From assembly GCF_006345805.1 (NCBI RefSeq), contig NC_043001.1, positions 57,660,001 to 57,724,000 on the forward strand: a stretch of 64,000 bases of DNA, in the 5' to 3' direction. Numbering within the stretch: position 1 is the first letter of the stretch; each line of letters opens with the position of its first letter. Positions 1-12,777 of the stretch are shown piece after piece. Under the pieces are notes generated by a model. It saw only the letters and a list, made by a program, of their open reading frames with translations. It did no database searches and was not told the DNA's origin. The translations under genes were made by a program, and so were the position numbers. Source of the stretch: Octopus sinensis (Eukaryota).

Positions 1-362
1 TGCCAGATCTTGGAAACATCTCATGTAAAAATCATGTCGCAGTTAGGATGTTGGATTTTTATATTTACAAATTTCTGGCCTTTTTATATTTACACATTTC
101 TGGCCTTTTTATCTAGTATTAAAACGACATAGGACTAATAATCATTTTGGCATCATTATTAGTTCTATGATCAGAATCAATTGAATTCATTGTTATTTAG
201 ATTAAAGTGGGCGCGATGAAGATGTTATTGTTCTTACTAATACATGTGAATATATTAATAGCATAACCTACAGTTATTTGGATGAATGGGTGATGATATA
301 TGCAACTGACTTTTGTAGATATGTATATATATGTACGCACACACACACAGACATATATATAT

Positions 363-396
<34 letters not shown>

Positions 397-469
397 CGCA
401 ATAATAAAAGGAAAATGGAGAAATGAAATTGACACATGCTAATTCATTATTATTATTATTATTATTATT

Positions 470-1160
470 CTATGTCTGACAAGTTGGCTCCAGGTCTCAC
501 CCAGAGACCTCAAGAGACAACAGGGTTGGAAGTTCATGTTGTTGTTATGCCTAGTGTGCCATATATTTGGGGGGTGGGGATGTTGTACTAATGAATGTCT
601 AAAAAAAAAAGGGTTTTTAAAAAAATTTTTTTTAAACCGGAAATTATGTTTGTTTTAAACCTTGAGATTACATAGAGAGTATTTTGCGTAGGATATGAGC
701 AGTTCCCATGAGCACTATCTTTTGAACTTCTGCCATTTTTGGGTTTCCTGGTATCTGAGTTAGGTAGCTATCAGCCCCTTTTGCTATCATTCCCAGGGCA
801 CCTATGACAACAGGTATTGTTTTAGTCTTCAGCTTCCACATTTTGCTGATTTCTATTTCAAGATCTTTATATTTGCTCAGTTTTTGGTAGGTCTTGACAG
901 ATACGTTTATATCGATTGGGACAGTCATATCAATGAGGAGGCATGTTCTTTGTTTGAAGTCTTTCAATATGATGTCTGGCCTATTTGCATCTATCTTCCT
1001 GTCCGTTTGAATGGTGAAGTTCCAGAGGAGTGAGATGTGGTCATTTTCAAGCACTGGGGGTGGTTTGTGTTCCCACCAGTTTTTTTCATGGGGCAAATCC
1101 AGGTTTTTACAGATTACCCAGTGAATATATTGTGCAGCTCTATCGTGCCTGTTGAGATAC
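470..1160 (-). mobile_element. 5'-truncated R4/Dong-clade non-LTR retrotransposon (subfamily C): RLE endonuclease domain and 3'UTR
   Basis: Minus ORF 668-1096 has RLE motifs NRPDII, LIDMTVP, KLSKYKDL, IPVVIGALG, GTAHILR. Upstream bases read YLNRHDRAAQYIHW. The 3'UTR has an AGGTCTC/GAGACCT hairpin and runs into (AAT)n at 447-469; the 5' end abuts the 1161-1302 array. Confidence 0.9.
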
Positions 1161-1302
<142 letters not shown>

Positions 1303-2724
1303 CAGTAGTATATTTTTATAGCGTGCTTTCACTTCACTACCGAGCGAAGCTCTGTGTGCCCTGGGTATGTGCTGTGATTTGTTGTGATGCTCTAATGGTT
1401 ACTGTATGGAAAGTGTTCTGCATAGGATGTGTGCAGTGCCTAGTAGTGCATTTTTCTGTATATTATATGTAATTGTAAGTGCTGGTGTTTTTGTTATGTA
1501 TTTGTCTGAATATTTTTTAGCATGCCTAATGCACCTATTATGATAGGAATTGCTTCCGTTTTTAGATTCCACATTCTGGTTACCTCTATTTCCAGTATTT
1601 TGAAAGTTTCTCCTTTTCTTTTAGAGACACGTTGTCATCTGCTGGTATTGATACATCGATTAGAAAGCATTCTTCATGATCTCTGACAACTATATCTGGT
1701 CTGTTGGCCTTAATTTCTCTATCTGTGTGTATTGGCATATCCCAGAGCATGGTTGCTTTCTCGTTTTCTGTGACATTTTCTGCTGTGTGCTTATACCATC
1801 TTTTTTCTGTTGTTATTTCATAATGTTGGCATAGCTTCCAGTGTATATAGGTCCCAACTCTGTCATGACTGTGAATATATTCCTTCTTAGCCAGGACTGG
1901 GCAGCCAGAGATAATATGATTTATTGTTTCTTGTCCATCTCCACATATTCTGCAGTTACTTGTTATGTTTCTTTTCATTACATGTTTTTGGTAATTTCTG
2001 GTAGGGAGGCTTTGGTCTTGTCCTGCAATTAAAAATCCTTCTGTCTCTGCTTTGAGTCCTGAGCTTCTAAACCTTCGCTGGGATTTTTCTTTGTCTATTT
2101 CTTTTGCATTTAGTTTAGTCCAGTATTTGCCATGAAGAGGCTTTTCTTGCCATCGTTTTATCATGGTTCGTTGCTGTTCTGTTTTTAGTTTGGATTTCAT
2201 TTATTTTATAGCTTTTATCGTTTCTTAATCATGTTCTTCTTCATATTTGCTAGGTGGTATGATTTCTTGTTTGTATTTGTCAGCTTCCTTAAATACTGAG
2301 AACAGTTTTTTGTTTTGCTCGTGTTTTGCCGCTATTTGTATCAGTTTTCCTTCCTTCTGAAGTAGATATTTCTGCAGTCCTATGGTGGTTATTTTATAGT
2401 AGTTTTCCAGTTGTATAAGGCCTCTACCACCTTCTATACGTTGTATATATAGTCTTTCTATGTCAGATTTTGGGTGATGCATCCTAGATCATGTCATTAT
2501 TTTTCTTGTTTTCCTATCTATTTTGGTCAGTTCATTTAGTGTCCAGGTAAGGATATTGTAGCTGTAACTTATAACTGGGACAGCTAATGTGTTAATACCT
2601 ATTATATTGTTTTTAGCATTGAGCTCTGTTTTTAGTATTGATCTAACTCGTCTATAATATTCTTTTTTTATTTTCTCTTTCATTTGTGTGTGTTGTGTCT
2701 TATCTAGTTCATGGATTCCTAAGT
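1303..2724 (-). mobile_element. 5'-truncated R4/Dong-clade element (subfamily A, same family as 54596-58563)
   Basis: ORFs 2489-2683, 2225-2482 and 1586-2200 give MHHPKSDIERLY, GLKAETEGFLIA, CRICGDGQETINHIISGC (CCHC), HDRVG, NRPDIVV. The 3'UTR is nearly identical to the reverse complement of 58467-58563. Frameshifted. Confidence 0.95.
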
Positions 2725-2734
2725 ATTATTATTA

Positions 2735-2765
<31 letters not shown>

Positions 2766-2794
2766 CATTATTATAATTATTATTATTGTTATTA

Positions 2795-2850
<56 letters not shown>

Positions 2851-2868
2851 ATTATTATTATTATTATA
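2725..2868. repeat. (TTA)n microsatellite at the 5' junction of the Dong copy
   Basis: Direct sequence, with occasional ATC/GTT variants. Confidence 0.97.
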
Positions 2869-3549
2869 TGAAAATATAAAAATAGAATAAATGCAGACCC
2901 TACAATTGTTTCAATTCAAACAAGAAAACCAACAAGAATTTATTAAATTCATATTATGGAAATATATAAAATCGCAAAACAGACTGGATTAATATATTGA
3001 TTCAGTCTCTTTCGTGATTTTAAACTTCTCACATGTGATTTTCTTCCGTTAACCTGATGAGACTCTTACCTCAAAATATTTCCATGGTATGAATTTAAAA
3101 CATTTTTGTTGGTTTGGGGATAAGAATCTAAGCAATGGTAGGGATTGTACTTATATTAATCATTATGTTTTTATATTAATATTATTGTAATAGTAATATA
3201 ATATTATGTTAATAAATTAACATACGTCAATTTCAATTCTCTATTTTCCTTCTATTTTGTATATTGTGTATATATATACCCATTTATATTGAAGAATTTT
3301 TTTTAAGAATTATTATGTATTAGGTATTGAACAGTTAACCAGTGAAAATTGGATGTTTTACATCCCTATAAGAGGAGCTTATTTCTCTGTGTTTGATGTG
3401 TGTTTGTGTGCGTGCGTATTATTCGCATAAAAGAATTTTAGTGACGTTGACTTCGAAGATTCGGCATGCTGAGCCATCGCATTTGCACTGCAATGCATTA
3501 AATTAAATTTTGCCTTTATATAGTATTTATTAAGTTACAATCATGTTTG

Positions 3550-4260
3550 GGTGTGAGGGTTTGAGTGGGGTGCCAGTTAAGTTTGCATGGGTGGTTGTTA
3601 TGATAAGATGTTTTAGAAAAATGTTTGATTAATTTTGAGTTTATGTGAGTGTTTAGAATGTATAGAGTCATGCAGAACATTGTAAAGCAAGCCTGTAGGT
3701 GTTTTGCTTTTGTTAGGTAGGCACAAGGTTTGGCAGTATTTATCTTGTTTTTGGTAATACTGTATCTAATACTTTTTGTTTTGAAAATATAAATGTCAGA
3801 CGTACAAAGTCCATTATTTCAGCCCTTTGCAATTGGGGTTATCAACTTTCTTACACAAAAGAATGTATATAAGTTGTAAGTTTAGGCTGTTCCTACATTT
3901 ACTTGTTTCCGATGTTATTCTAGGTATTTTTCATTTGTATTTGTAAGATTGGAACTATTGATCAGGCGTGCAACAACTTTGTTAGTACAGAAAATTGTTT
4001 CCCTTGTGCTTTAAAGTTCACAAAATTATTTGAGTAAAGGTTGTATAGTTATATGTTTCTCTGTATGTATTGATTGTTTTTCTATACAATTTACTTCGTA
4101 TATATGTATATTTTAACTTTCCTGTTTCATAGAGGTAGAGTTTGTTTGGTGATTGCCTATAAAATTTCTTCTAATTCTGTTCTAGATATATCTACATATA
4201 TTTAGAAGGGAAAATATGCAACTCAGAGCAGTTTGTATTGAAACAAATATTCTCTCACAG
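3550..4260 (-). mobile_element. Possible heavily decayed L1-clade ORF2 C-terminal relic
   Basis: Minus-strand translation near 4250 gives SVREYLFQYKLL, resembling the L1/Tx1 C-terminal R-x-F-Q-Y-K-L-L motif. Many stops; weak. Confidence 0.3.
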
Positions 4261-4761
4261 AGCTTTTTTTCTGTGTGACTAGTATCCACATTTGGGCTAC
4301 TGGACTGGACATTTGACGAGATCAGCAGGCTCGACATCAAACCAACACTGGCAACTTCCATAGCAACAGCAACACCAATAGGATCTATGTTTAGACGAAG
4401 TGATGGCGATAGAGGAACAAGGTCGGTCCAAACTGCTTTTCAATGTCGCATTATATAATACAGACTATAACTGCTGAACAGTAAACAAAGGAATGATTTC
4501 ATTATATCCATATTCAAAACTTAAATGTACTGAGCACGTACTCTGTGAATACAGCTGTCTCATGCAACACAAAGCTAACTGGAATGGCCAGTCTACACAG
4601 AAAGTTGGAGGGAAATCAGGCATCACCCCACAATCGATCGCCTTAGACTATCTTAAGAATATAAATATAAATCAAAGTAAAAGTACACCCGCTCACACAT
4701 ATAGACACATATATTGATGCTGTCTAGGTATGTATGTGTGTGTGTGTATAGATGTATCAAA

Positions 4762-5090
4762 GCGCAGTGGTTAGAGGAAGGAACTCAAATCATGATGTAA
4801 GGAGTTCGGTTGTGAGGTCGGTCTGTGTGCTGTGTTCTTGAGCAAGACACTTAATTTCACGTTGCTCCAGATCACTCAGCTGTAGAAATGAGTTGCATCA
4901 CCACTGGTGCGAAGTTGTATCGGAGTTTTCCATTCCCTTGGACAACATCGGTGGCGTGGAGAGCGGGGGCCTGCTATGCATGGGTGACTGTTGTTCTTCC
5001 ATAAACAAACATGCCGGGACTTTTCCCCAGATGTACGTTTCTAGATGCAACCCCATGGTGATTCATGACCGAAGGGTATCTTTACTTTTT
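4762..5090 (+). mobile_element. tRNA-type SINE, family 2 (CORE-like central block)
   Basis: A-box-like GCGCAGTGGTTAGA, B-box-like GAGTTCGG, CORE-like GTTCTTGAGCAAGACACTTAA. Homologous to 9377-9692 and 11667-11988. Confidence 0.75.
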
Positions 5091-5097
5091 ATATCTT

Positions 5098-5159
<62 letters not shown>

Positions 5160-5562
5160 CACATGGTATAATTATAAACAAGGCAATCTTTAGTCGTTTC
5201 TCCGCAGACTGAAAAAATTTTGAACAGCCTTATTGAGTTCTCATCAGAGGCGTCTACGTCATTTTGACAGTCTCCGGAGAAACAAGCAGCCAAATCTTTT
5301 ATACATTCAGCAAAAGCAGCAGTTACTCTATGAAAGAGTCCCTAATAGCCATACCGAAATTGCTTAATACTCTATAAACACCAGCGGCCTGTCAACGGGG
5401 ATCTTTGTCCATACAGTATCAAGGTATGATATAAGAAATATGTAACAAATGGTATAATTATAAACAGGGAAAATTTTAGCAATTTCTCCGCAGACTGAAA
5501 AAAAAAAGATGAACAACCTTAATCTATTTTCGAACTTTAGTAGGTATATATACGTATATATA

Positions 5563-5721
5563 CGAGCGTTGGTGAAAAGTTCCTGGCTTTTTGTACAGGA
5601 AAATGCAAATTTACATATTGCAGCACTCCTGTTCTTATATGCTCTGTAAAAGAATTCGGAATGTTGGGCTTTTAACCAGGTCTTTCATGGTAACCTTAAA
5701 CTTTTCAGTATCACTCGTACG

Positions 5722-5753
<32 letters not shown>

Positions 5754-5917
5754 CATTATTCATCTCGGCAATCTTTTGGGCATAATTCTGCACTGCTCCC
5801 TTGTGGCTGGGGAACGATATAAAGAATTCCAGTGCAACTCACAGAAGGAATGCTGCAATGTGTGCGTGAGTCTATATTTTCTTGTACTCAAAGCCAGGAA
5901 TTTTTCGTCGCCTCTCT
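5563..5917. mobile_element. Mariner-type MITE with about 27-bp TIRs
   Basis: Left TA|CGAGCGTTGGTGAAAAGTTCCTGGCTTT; right AAAGCCAGGAATTTTTCGTCGCCTCTC, an imperfect reverse complement. A TA precedes the left end. Confidence 0.7.
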
Positions 5918-6021
5918 CTCTTTCATACACACACACACATACACATGCACGTACGCACACTATCTCTCTCTGTATATATATATATATATATTATATATAT
6001 ATATATATATTATATATATAT

Positions 6022-6065
<44 letters not shown>

Positions 6066-6101
6066 TCTATATATCTATATTTGTATATATATATAAATAT
6101 A

Positions 6102-6507
6102 GGAGTGGCTGTGAGGTAAGTAGCTTGCTAACCAACCACATGGTTCCGGGTTCAGTCCCACTGCGTGGCATCTTGGGCAAGTGTCTTCTGCTATAGCCCC
6201 AGGTCGACCAATGCCTTGTGAGTGGATTTGGTAGACGGAAACTGAAAGAAGCCTGTCGTATATATATATATATATAAGTGTGTGTCTGTGTTTGTGTGTC
6301 TGTGTTTGTCCCCCTAGCATTGCTTGACAACCGATGCTGGTGTGTTTACATCCCCGTCACTTAGCGGTTCGGCAAAAGAGACCGATAGAATAAGTACTGG
6401 GGTTACAAAGAATAAGTCCCGGGGTCGATTTGCTCGACTAAAAGGCGGTGCTCCAGCATGGCCGCAGTCAAATGACTGAAACAAGTAAAAGAGTAAAAGA
6501 GAAAGAG
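6102..6507 (+). mobile_element. tRNA-type SINE, family 1 (CORE-like, internal microsatellite, GTAAAAGA-repeat tail)
   Basis: GGAGTGGCTGTGAGGTAAG (A box), GGTTCAGTCCC (B box), CTTGGGCAAGTGTCT core, tail GAAACAAGTAAAAGAGTAAAAGAG. The 3' part recurs at 17262-17460. Confidence 0.85.
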
Positions 6508-6550
6508 TATATAAATATATATTTATACATATACATATGTATATATATGC

Positions 6551-6672
<122 letters not shown>

Positions 6673-6908
6673 TAATTGTTATCGCCATATTAATATGGCA
6701 GTCTTATAGATATAAGACTAAAAGCTGTCGCTGATTAGCTCCATGAGGCCATCGCCTTAAGATAGCTATTTGACACACAAACTGTGTCCATTATAACCTT
6801 CGAACAAGGGAGGTCAGCCGCTTCACACTGCTAGTCATGGAGCTAATCAGCGACAGCTTTTAGTCTTATATCTATAAGACTGCCATATTAATATGGCGAT
6901 AACAATTA
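6673..6908. mobile_element. MITE-like element with perfect 74-bp inverted arms
   Basis: 6673-6746 is the exact reverse complement of 6835-6908, with an 88-bp spacer. AATT (6674-6677, 6904-6907) could be a 4-bp TSD. Confidence 0.85.
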
Positions 6909-7012
6909 ATTTCCAGTAACGCTGCCGTAATCTCTTTTAGAGAGACTTAGTAATTTTAATATTTATATATATATATATGTATGTATATACTTATATATAC
7001 ACACACACACAG

Positions 7013-7062
<50 letters not shown>

Positions 7063-7093
7063 CCAGAATTAGGTTTTGGAATAAATGAAATAT

Positions 7094-7413
7094 CAGGCTA
7101 CATATGTTTCATAGCTAGCAGAACCTCGGAAGTATTAATTGCTCAAAAGAAAGCTAATCCGCTAGCTACCCATTGGGTCAATGAAATTTGGAATGACTTC
7201 CTTATATGCATATTTGAAAACAAATCATATAACGAACTCGCTAGAAATTCGATCGATAAAGCGTGGAAAGTTAAGGAAGAAAAAGGAAAGCGTATTATTA
7301 CCCCTACTCAGCCCTTTTTCCTTTTCTTTTCTGTATTCTTTTTCTCTTCCTTTACAAATTCAGATATTTCTCTACTTCCGAGGTTCGTTTAGCAGTGAAG
7401 CATATGTAGACTG
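7094..7413. mobile_element. Decayed MITE-like element (about 40-bp imperfect inverted repeats)
   Basis: CTACATATGTTTCATAGCTAGCAGAACCTCGGAAGTA (about 7098-7134) is imperfectly complementary to TACTTCCGAGGTTCGTTTAGCAGTGAAGCATATGTAG (about 7373-7409). Confidence 0.4.
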
Positions 7414-7654
7414 GATTTTATCTCCTGATTTCGGATTTTTATTCGCATACAGAGCAATACCAGCTGCTAACCTTAAGTTATGAAATAACTCTTTTTAGCC
7501 TATCGAAATTCGATATCGGAAACTTTACAACCTTCTACGTCAATAAACTACTATCATTCCTGAAAGTTGTTGTTTTATACCTTCTACGGACTACTCGAAG
7601 CATACTAACTTCCTACACCTTGATCCTTGGATCTTAACTTTACACACACACACA

Positions 7655-7699
<45 letters not shown>

Positions 7700-9376
7700 C
7701 ACTTAAACACACACATGAATTACTGAAAAATATTCTTTCGATAAAAGTCTTTTCCTTGAAGAACGATCTGGAATGAAGCATTGAATCCCCGGAAATAATT
7801 TATTCTCCTGCTGTTTTAGCCCTTTGGTCATAACTGTTTTATATACCAGTTTTAGTTATGAGACTCGAACTATTTGCCCTATACCAACTTCTCCCCTGTT
7901 CGCTTGAGAGGTGAACTATTAGTACCATACCAACTTCTCCCCTGTTCTCTCTCATACCAAGATGATTTCATTAATTTATTATCTATTTATAATGCTCCAA
8001 CAAAAAAACACAGTTAATATCACTTCTACTCAAAGCTCAGTGGAACAGGCGAATTAAAACGAATCATCGAAGGAAAAAATGAAAACCCATATAATTTTCT
8101 CCATTTAATGTAATCTACTCCTCTTAACGTACGGTATGTCAAACTCAAATATTTTGCCAATGAATCAATTGGTGTCTTTTCTAACCATCTAGTATCTGTT
8201 GTTTTTAACTTGAAGTTGTCTTTTAGTTCAGTTGATGGACCCCTATCAGATACAGCACTATTGGGTTAATGTATCAGTAAAGCATTTAAAATTTTAAATT
8301 TTAGTGTTACCTAGCATCATATAAGTTGCGGATAAAAATATATATTTATTAGTTCCAAAATTGAAATTTTAACTTGGCTTTCTCAAAGTTCCATATACCA
8401 TTCCGAAGTCTTAGTCATTCCTTGCATTCTCAGCAATGTATTTGACTGTGAAAATTTATATCTACGAATAAAATTCTTTTCAAATTCTTTGCTAACATAG
8501 TTGGGAGTAAGTTTATGTTGTGATTATCGTGAGAGATTTACTTGAAATTATCTATTCCATCCTATATTCTCTCACTTTTTCCTGCCACTAGAAACGTGCG
8601 TCACTCACCCCAAACACATTTATGGTGTATATTGCGATAGTATTGCGTATATTATAGGATAGGATATTGATTTTCTCTACATGTTCATGTTTCCGAATTA
8701 GTATCTCGGGGCATTTTAGATAAACAAAACCAATGGATGTTCTAGCAATGTAAATATTAACTCAATAAAATGAAATAATATTTTCTGTAGACAATTTACA
8801 TTGTTTTTGCTTAATAGTATTGCACCGGTATTACATCATCCTCAAACACTTTCATTACGTCGTATTGATATTTATCTTTTTCATATCATCGTCTGTTTCT
8901 TTGGACTGTATACATTGGCATAAAATTTGTTTTTGTGTACTAGTAAATACTGTTTCAACTACTTTCCCATACAAGTTACAATAGCGAAGCATCCTGATTA
9001 GAAGAATTTATTTCATGAACATTTTGTTTCTCAAAACTTGTTGAAGATCAGCATATTTTAAATACACCGCTATACAAGGTAGAAACAACTTAATGTGACT
9101 CCCTAGATACTAGTTGCACTGATTGTGCTTGAACGTCCCCCCCCCAGAAATACTCAGGTATGTCGTGTGCGATATTGGTTTGCAACGTGCTTAGTATTAT
9201 AAAGAAAAATATACTATGCAATCCAGATGATCTATAAAGTAGTCAGAAGATATGGTGTACGTAGCTACAAAATCTCTAACAGCCACATAAAGGATACTTC
9301 GTATATATCAAAATCATAAACATTTTCATTCTAAAACATTAACTATTTATTTAAAAAATGCTGTATGTAATGTGAA

Positions 9377-9692
9377 GGCGTATGGCTCAATGGTTAAAGA
9401 GCCGGTCTCCTAATCATGATGTAGTGAGTTCGTTTCTCTGACCGGGATGTGCTTTGTTTCACATTATTTTATGTCACATTGCCCCAGTTCACTTAGTTGT
9501 AGAAATGAGGTGCGACGTCGCTGGTGCCAAGCTGTATCGACGTTTTCCTTTCCTTCAGTCGCGTGGAGAGGGGAGGCTATAATGCATGCGCGACTGCTGG
9601 TCTTCATAAATAATCTTGCGTCGGAGTTTAACTTTCTAGGTGCAATCCCATGGTCATTCATGACCGAAAGGGGTCATTACCGTTTATCCTTA
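9377..9692 (+). mobile_element. tRNA-type SINE, family 2
   Basis: Homologous to 4762-5090 (GTAGAAATGAG, CTGGTGCCAAGCTGTAT, CATGGTCATTCATGACCGAA). Confidence 0.75.
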
Positions 9693-10664
9693 TGTAATGT
9701 GTGTAACTGATATTATGTCGGACAAAGAAACGACATGTTCTTTCAAAAACTTATTGAGAATTCAATGTCAACATACTGCGCGACAAAATGTAATTGGACA
9801 TTTCATCTGACACTCTTAGCCTTAGTTTTATGATTCGGACTTTTTAGCACCTGCTTACTCATTTTAACTGTCGATGGCGACACTGCTAATAGACCAAGTA
9901 GGTTAAATAAATCTGATAGACGAACGTGCAAACAAATTTGACTAAATTGCCTAAAATTCATCATATATGCAAATGAGATTCTCAGGTATACATCAAACTT
10001 TAGTGATAACAAATTTATAAGCGGTGTCTCCGTCAGGGTAATCGTTCGATCTTGAAATCTCTACATGTGAATGAAAATGGTAACATTGTTCTTTTTGTAT
10101 TGTCAACGAAGATAGTGGATAATAGCTATGACTTGCTTACATCTGTTTGTTTTGTTTAAACTCTATATATATTGCATTGTACAGTATAGTACAAAAACAC
10201 AGTTTCTATAGCATGACTAAATTACTTGAAGTAGCTGCCAGCTGCGCATTATATATAAGCACATCATTATATCCTATTTAATGAAGCATTGAATATTAAT
10301 GAAATTATAATCAGCATATCCCTCCTGGATGAAACTTTAGTGTAACTACAACATTGGACTACAAATATGAACCAATATTGGTGTTTCTAAGCGGTCATTC
10401 GAACTTCAAGCACAGCGGTAAAATTACTTCGGTTCACAAAAAGCAAAAACAAAAACAAAAACATTAGAAAAACATGACATAAAGGCAAACTGTGTCATTT
10501 AAATCAAAACTACATGTGATGGCTGTGGCTGGATCGTCTTTGAGTCTAGGTTTATTCGATCAGATTTGACATGCAACTAAGCAACAAGAACAAAATCAAT
10601 TTATAGCATATGTTAAATTTAATATAAGCTGACTGGAGTCAAACACGATAAATAATAGACATCA

Positions 10665-10871
10665 AGTGAGCTGGCAGAACGTTAGTACGTCTCACAAAAT
10701 GCTTAGTGCAACTTTGTCTGTTCTCACGTTCTGAGTTCAAAATTCTCCGAGGTTATCTTTACTTCTCATCATTTCGGAATTGATAAAATAAGCACAAGTT
10801 GATTACAAGGGTGGATCTAAATGACATACTCCAATCACCAAATTGCTGACTTCTTGCCGCAATTAGAAACC
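10665..10871 (+). mobile_element. tRNA-type SINE, family 3 (diverged)
   Basis: GTGAGCTGGCAGAACGTTAG head, GAGTTCAAA B-box, GATAAAATAAG body; homologous to 42691-42920. Confidence 0.7.
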
Positions 10872-11666
10872 AATAAATTTTAAAAGGTACGATGCACCAG
10901 TAATAATAGTGGAATTTTAATAGCAAATAATGGCAAACTAGTTAAGGCAAAAATGATAAAAAGATACAAAGCTTTTAAGCATTGATTGCTTTGATATAGA
11001 TGTTTTAATGAATGGGGATGAAACAAGCATTTTTCTTTTATTTAGAAAACATTTAAAAGTCATACCTTACGAAGATATACATCTAACAGTTTTGTAAACT
11101 TAATACTGATACAATCAATCAAATTTACCAATGGGACATTCAACATTATTCTTAGTTTATACTCTTAAATTTCCAAATAATGCGAAGCGGACATTATTAA
11201 ATTTTGTAAGATTTTAAAATACATTTAAATGTAAATTAATTTCAGTTTAAATGTTTTCTGTGATGCGATATACTTTTTAATTATTAAGAAATTTGCGTGT
11301 TACACAGATATACACACATGCGCGAATACACACAGACAGAGAAATATATATTCTTTATTCGTTTAACACTTACTTATATTAGGCATTGGGCTTTGGCTAT
11401 GCTTGACCCGAACATGAAGTGCCTAATTATATATTTACGTTCTATTATTTATTTTCTTACTTTCAGCTGAACATCTAGAGAAGACACTCTCGACATACAA
11501 AACCTAATCAAACTCAGATGACCAATAAAGTAGTCAAACAGTACGGTGTACTTAGTTGCAAAATCTCTAACAGCCTCATAAAATTACTTCGTATATATCA
11601 AAATCACAAACATTTTCATTCTAAAACATTAACTATTTATTTAAAAAATGCTATATGTAACGTAAA

Positions 11667-11988
11667 GACGCATGGTTCAATTGTTAAAGCGCCGGTCTCC
11701 CAATCACGATGTAGTGAGTTTGTTTTTCTGACCGGGCCGTGTTTTGTTCTTGAGTGAAACACTTTATAACACATTGTCCCAGTTCATTCAGTTGTAGAAT
11801 TGAGGTGCGACGTCACTGGTGCCAAGCTGTATTTACGTTTTCATTTCCTTCAGTGGCGTGGAGAGGGGAGGCTGTTATGCATGCACGACTGCTGGTCTTC
11901 ATAAATAACCTTGCCTCAGTGAGTAAGTTTCTAGGTGCAATCCCATGGTCATTCATGACCGAAGGGGGTCATTACTGTTTATCCTTAT
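11667..11988 (+). mobile_element. tRNA-type SINE, family 2 (inside a local duplication)
   Basis: Homologous to 9377-9692, including both flanks. Confidence 0.75.
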
Positions 11989-12497
11989 GTAATGTCTGTA
12001 ACTGATATTATGTCGGACATAGTCTTTCAAAAACTTATTAAGAATTCAATGTCAACATATACGAAATCCTTATAGTGGACAGATTCAACATTTACTTTCA
12101 TTGACTACTTCATCACCCAGGCATTGCACTGCTATATTTGACACTTTTCCAAAAGGCAGATAAACAAACATTTACTGACTTACTTATGCACAACCTACTG
12201 ACAGTGGGACACAGACTAACAACATACTTCTGCATTTTTGCTTATCCCGACAACCTGTTGTTCATACCATCACCTGTCGGACTTAAATTGCTGAGCAATC
12301 GTCGGTCATATGCCTGCTTGAGCGGGTGTCTTTGAAATGTAGTTTTTCTATGCCTGACTGTGCGATTACCTTCAGCAAATGAAAAAGTTTTTTTGTTTTT
12401 TTTTAATAAATGGGAATTTGTGCTTTGAAGCATATTCACTACAAAAAAATGAGTTAAAACAGTCGGATTTTCTGTTTCTGGACAGGGGCATAGCTTC

Positions 12498-12527
12498 ATG
12501 CTACTGCTACTGCTGCTGCTACTACTA

Positions 12528-12563
<36 letters not shown>

Positions 12564-12641
12564 TTGCTGCTGCTACTACTACTACTACTACTACTACTAC
12601 GACTACTACCACCACCACCACCACCACTACTACTACTACTA

Positions 12642-12698
<57 letters not shown>

Positions 12699-12701
12699 TT
12701 A

Positions 12702-12777
<76 letters not shown>
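12498..12777. repeat. Compound (CTA)/(CTG)/(CCA) trinucleotide array
   Basis: Direct sequence; the poly-S/L/Y ORFs here are artefacts of the repeat. Confidence 0.95.

Noticed and set aside
3045-3090. CTGATGA...CTCAAAATATTTC hammerhead-like core
   Set aside because: AAAA instead of GAAA, only a 2-bp stem II, and no in-register stem I.
5205-5260. Minus-strand CTGATGA-GAAC...GTTC-AAAA
   Set aside because: G12 missing, and stems I and III do not pair in register.
7868-7947. Duplicated ATACCAACTTCTCCCCTGTTC (46-bp period)
   Set aside because: Only two units; ordinary slippage, not CRISPR-like or otherwise organised.
12240-12500. Cys-containing minus frame (RNRKSDCFNSFFC) suggesting a Chapaev-like transposase
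   Set aside because: Similarity too weak and interrupted by stops.
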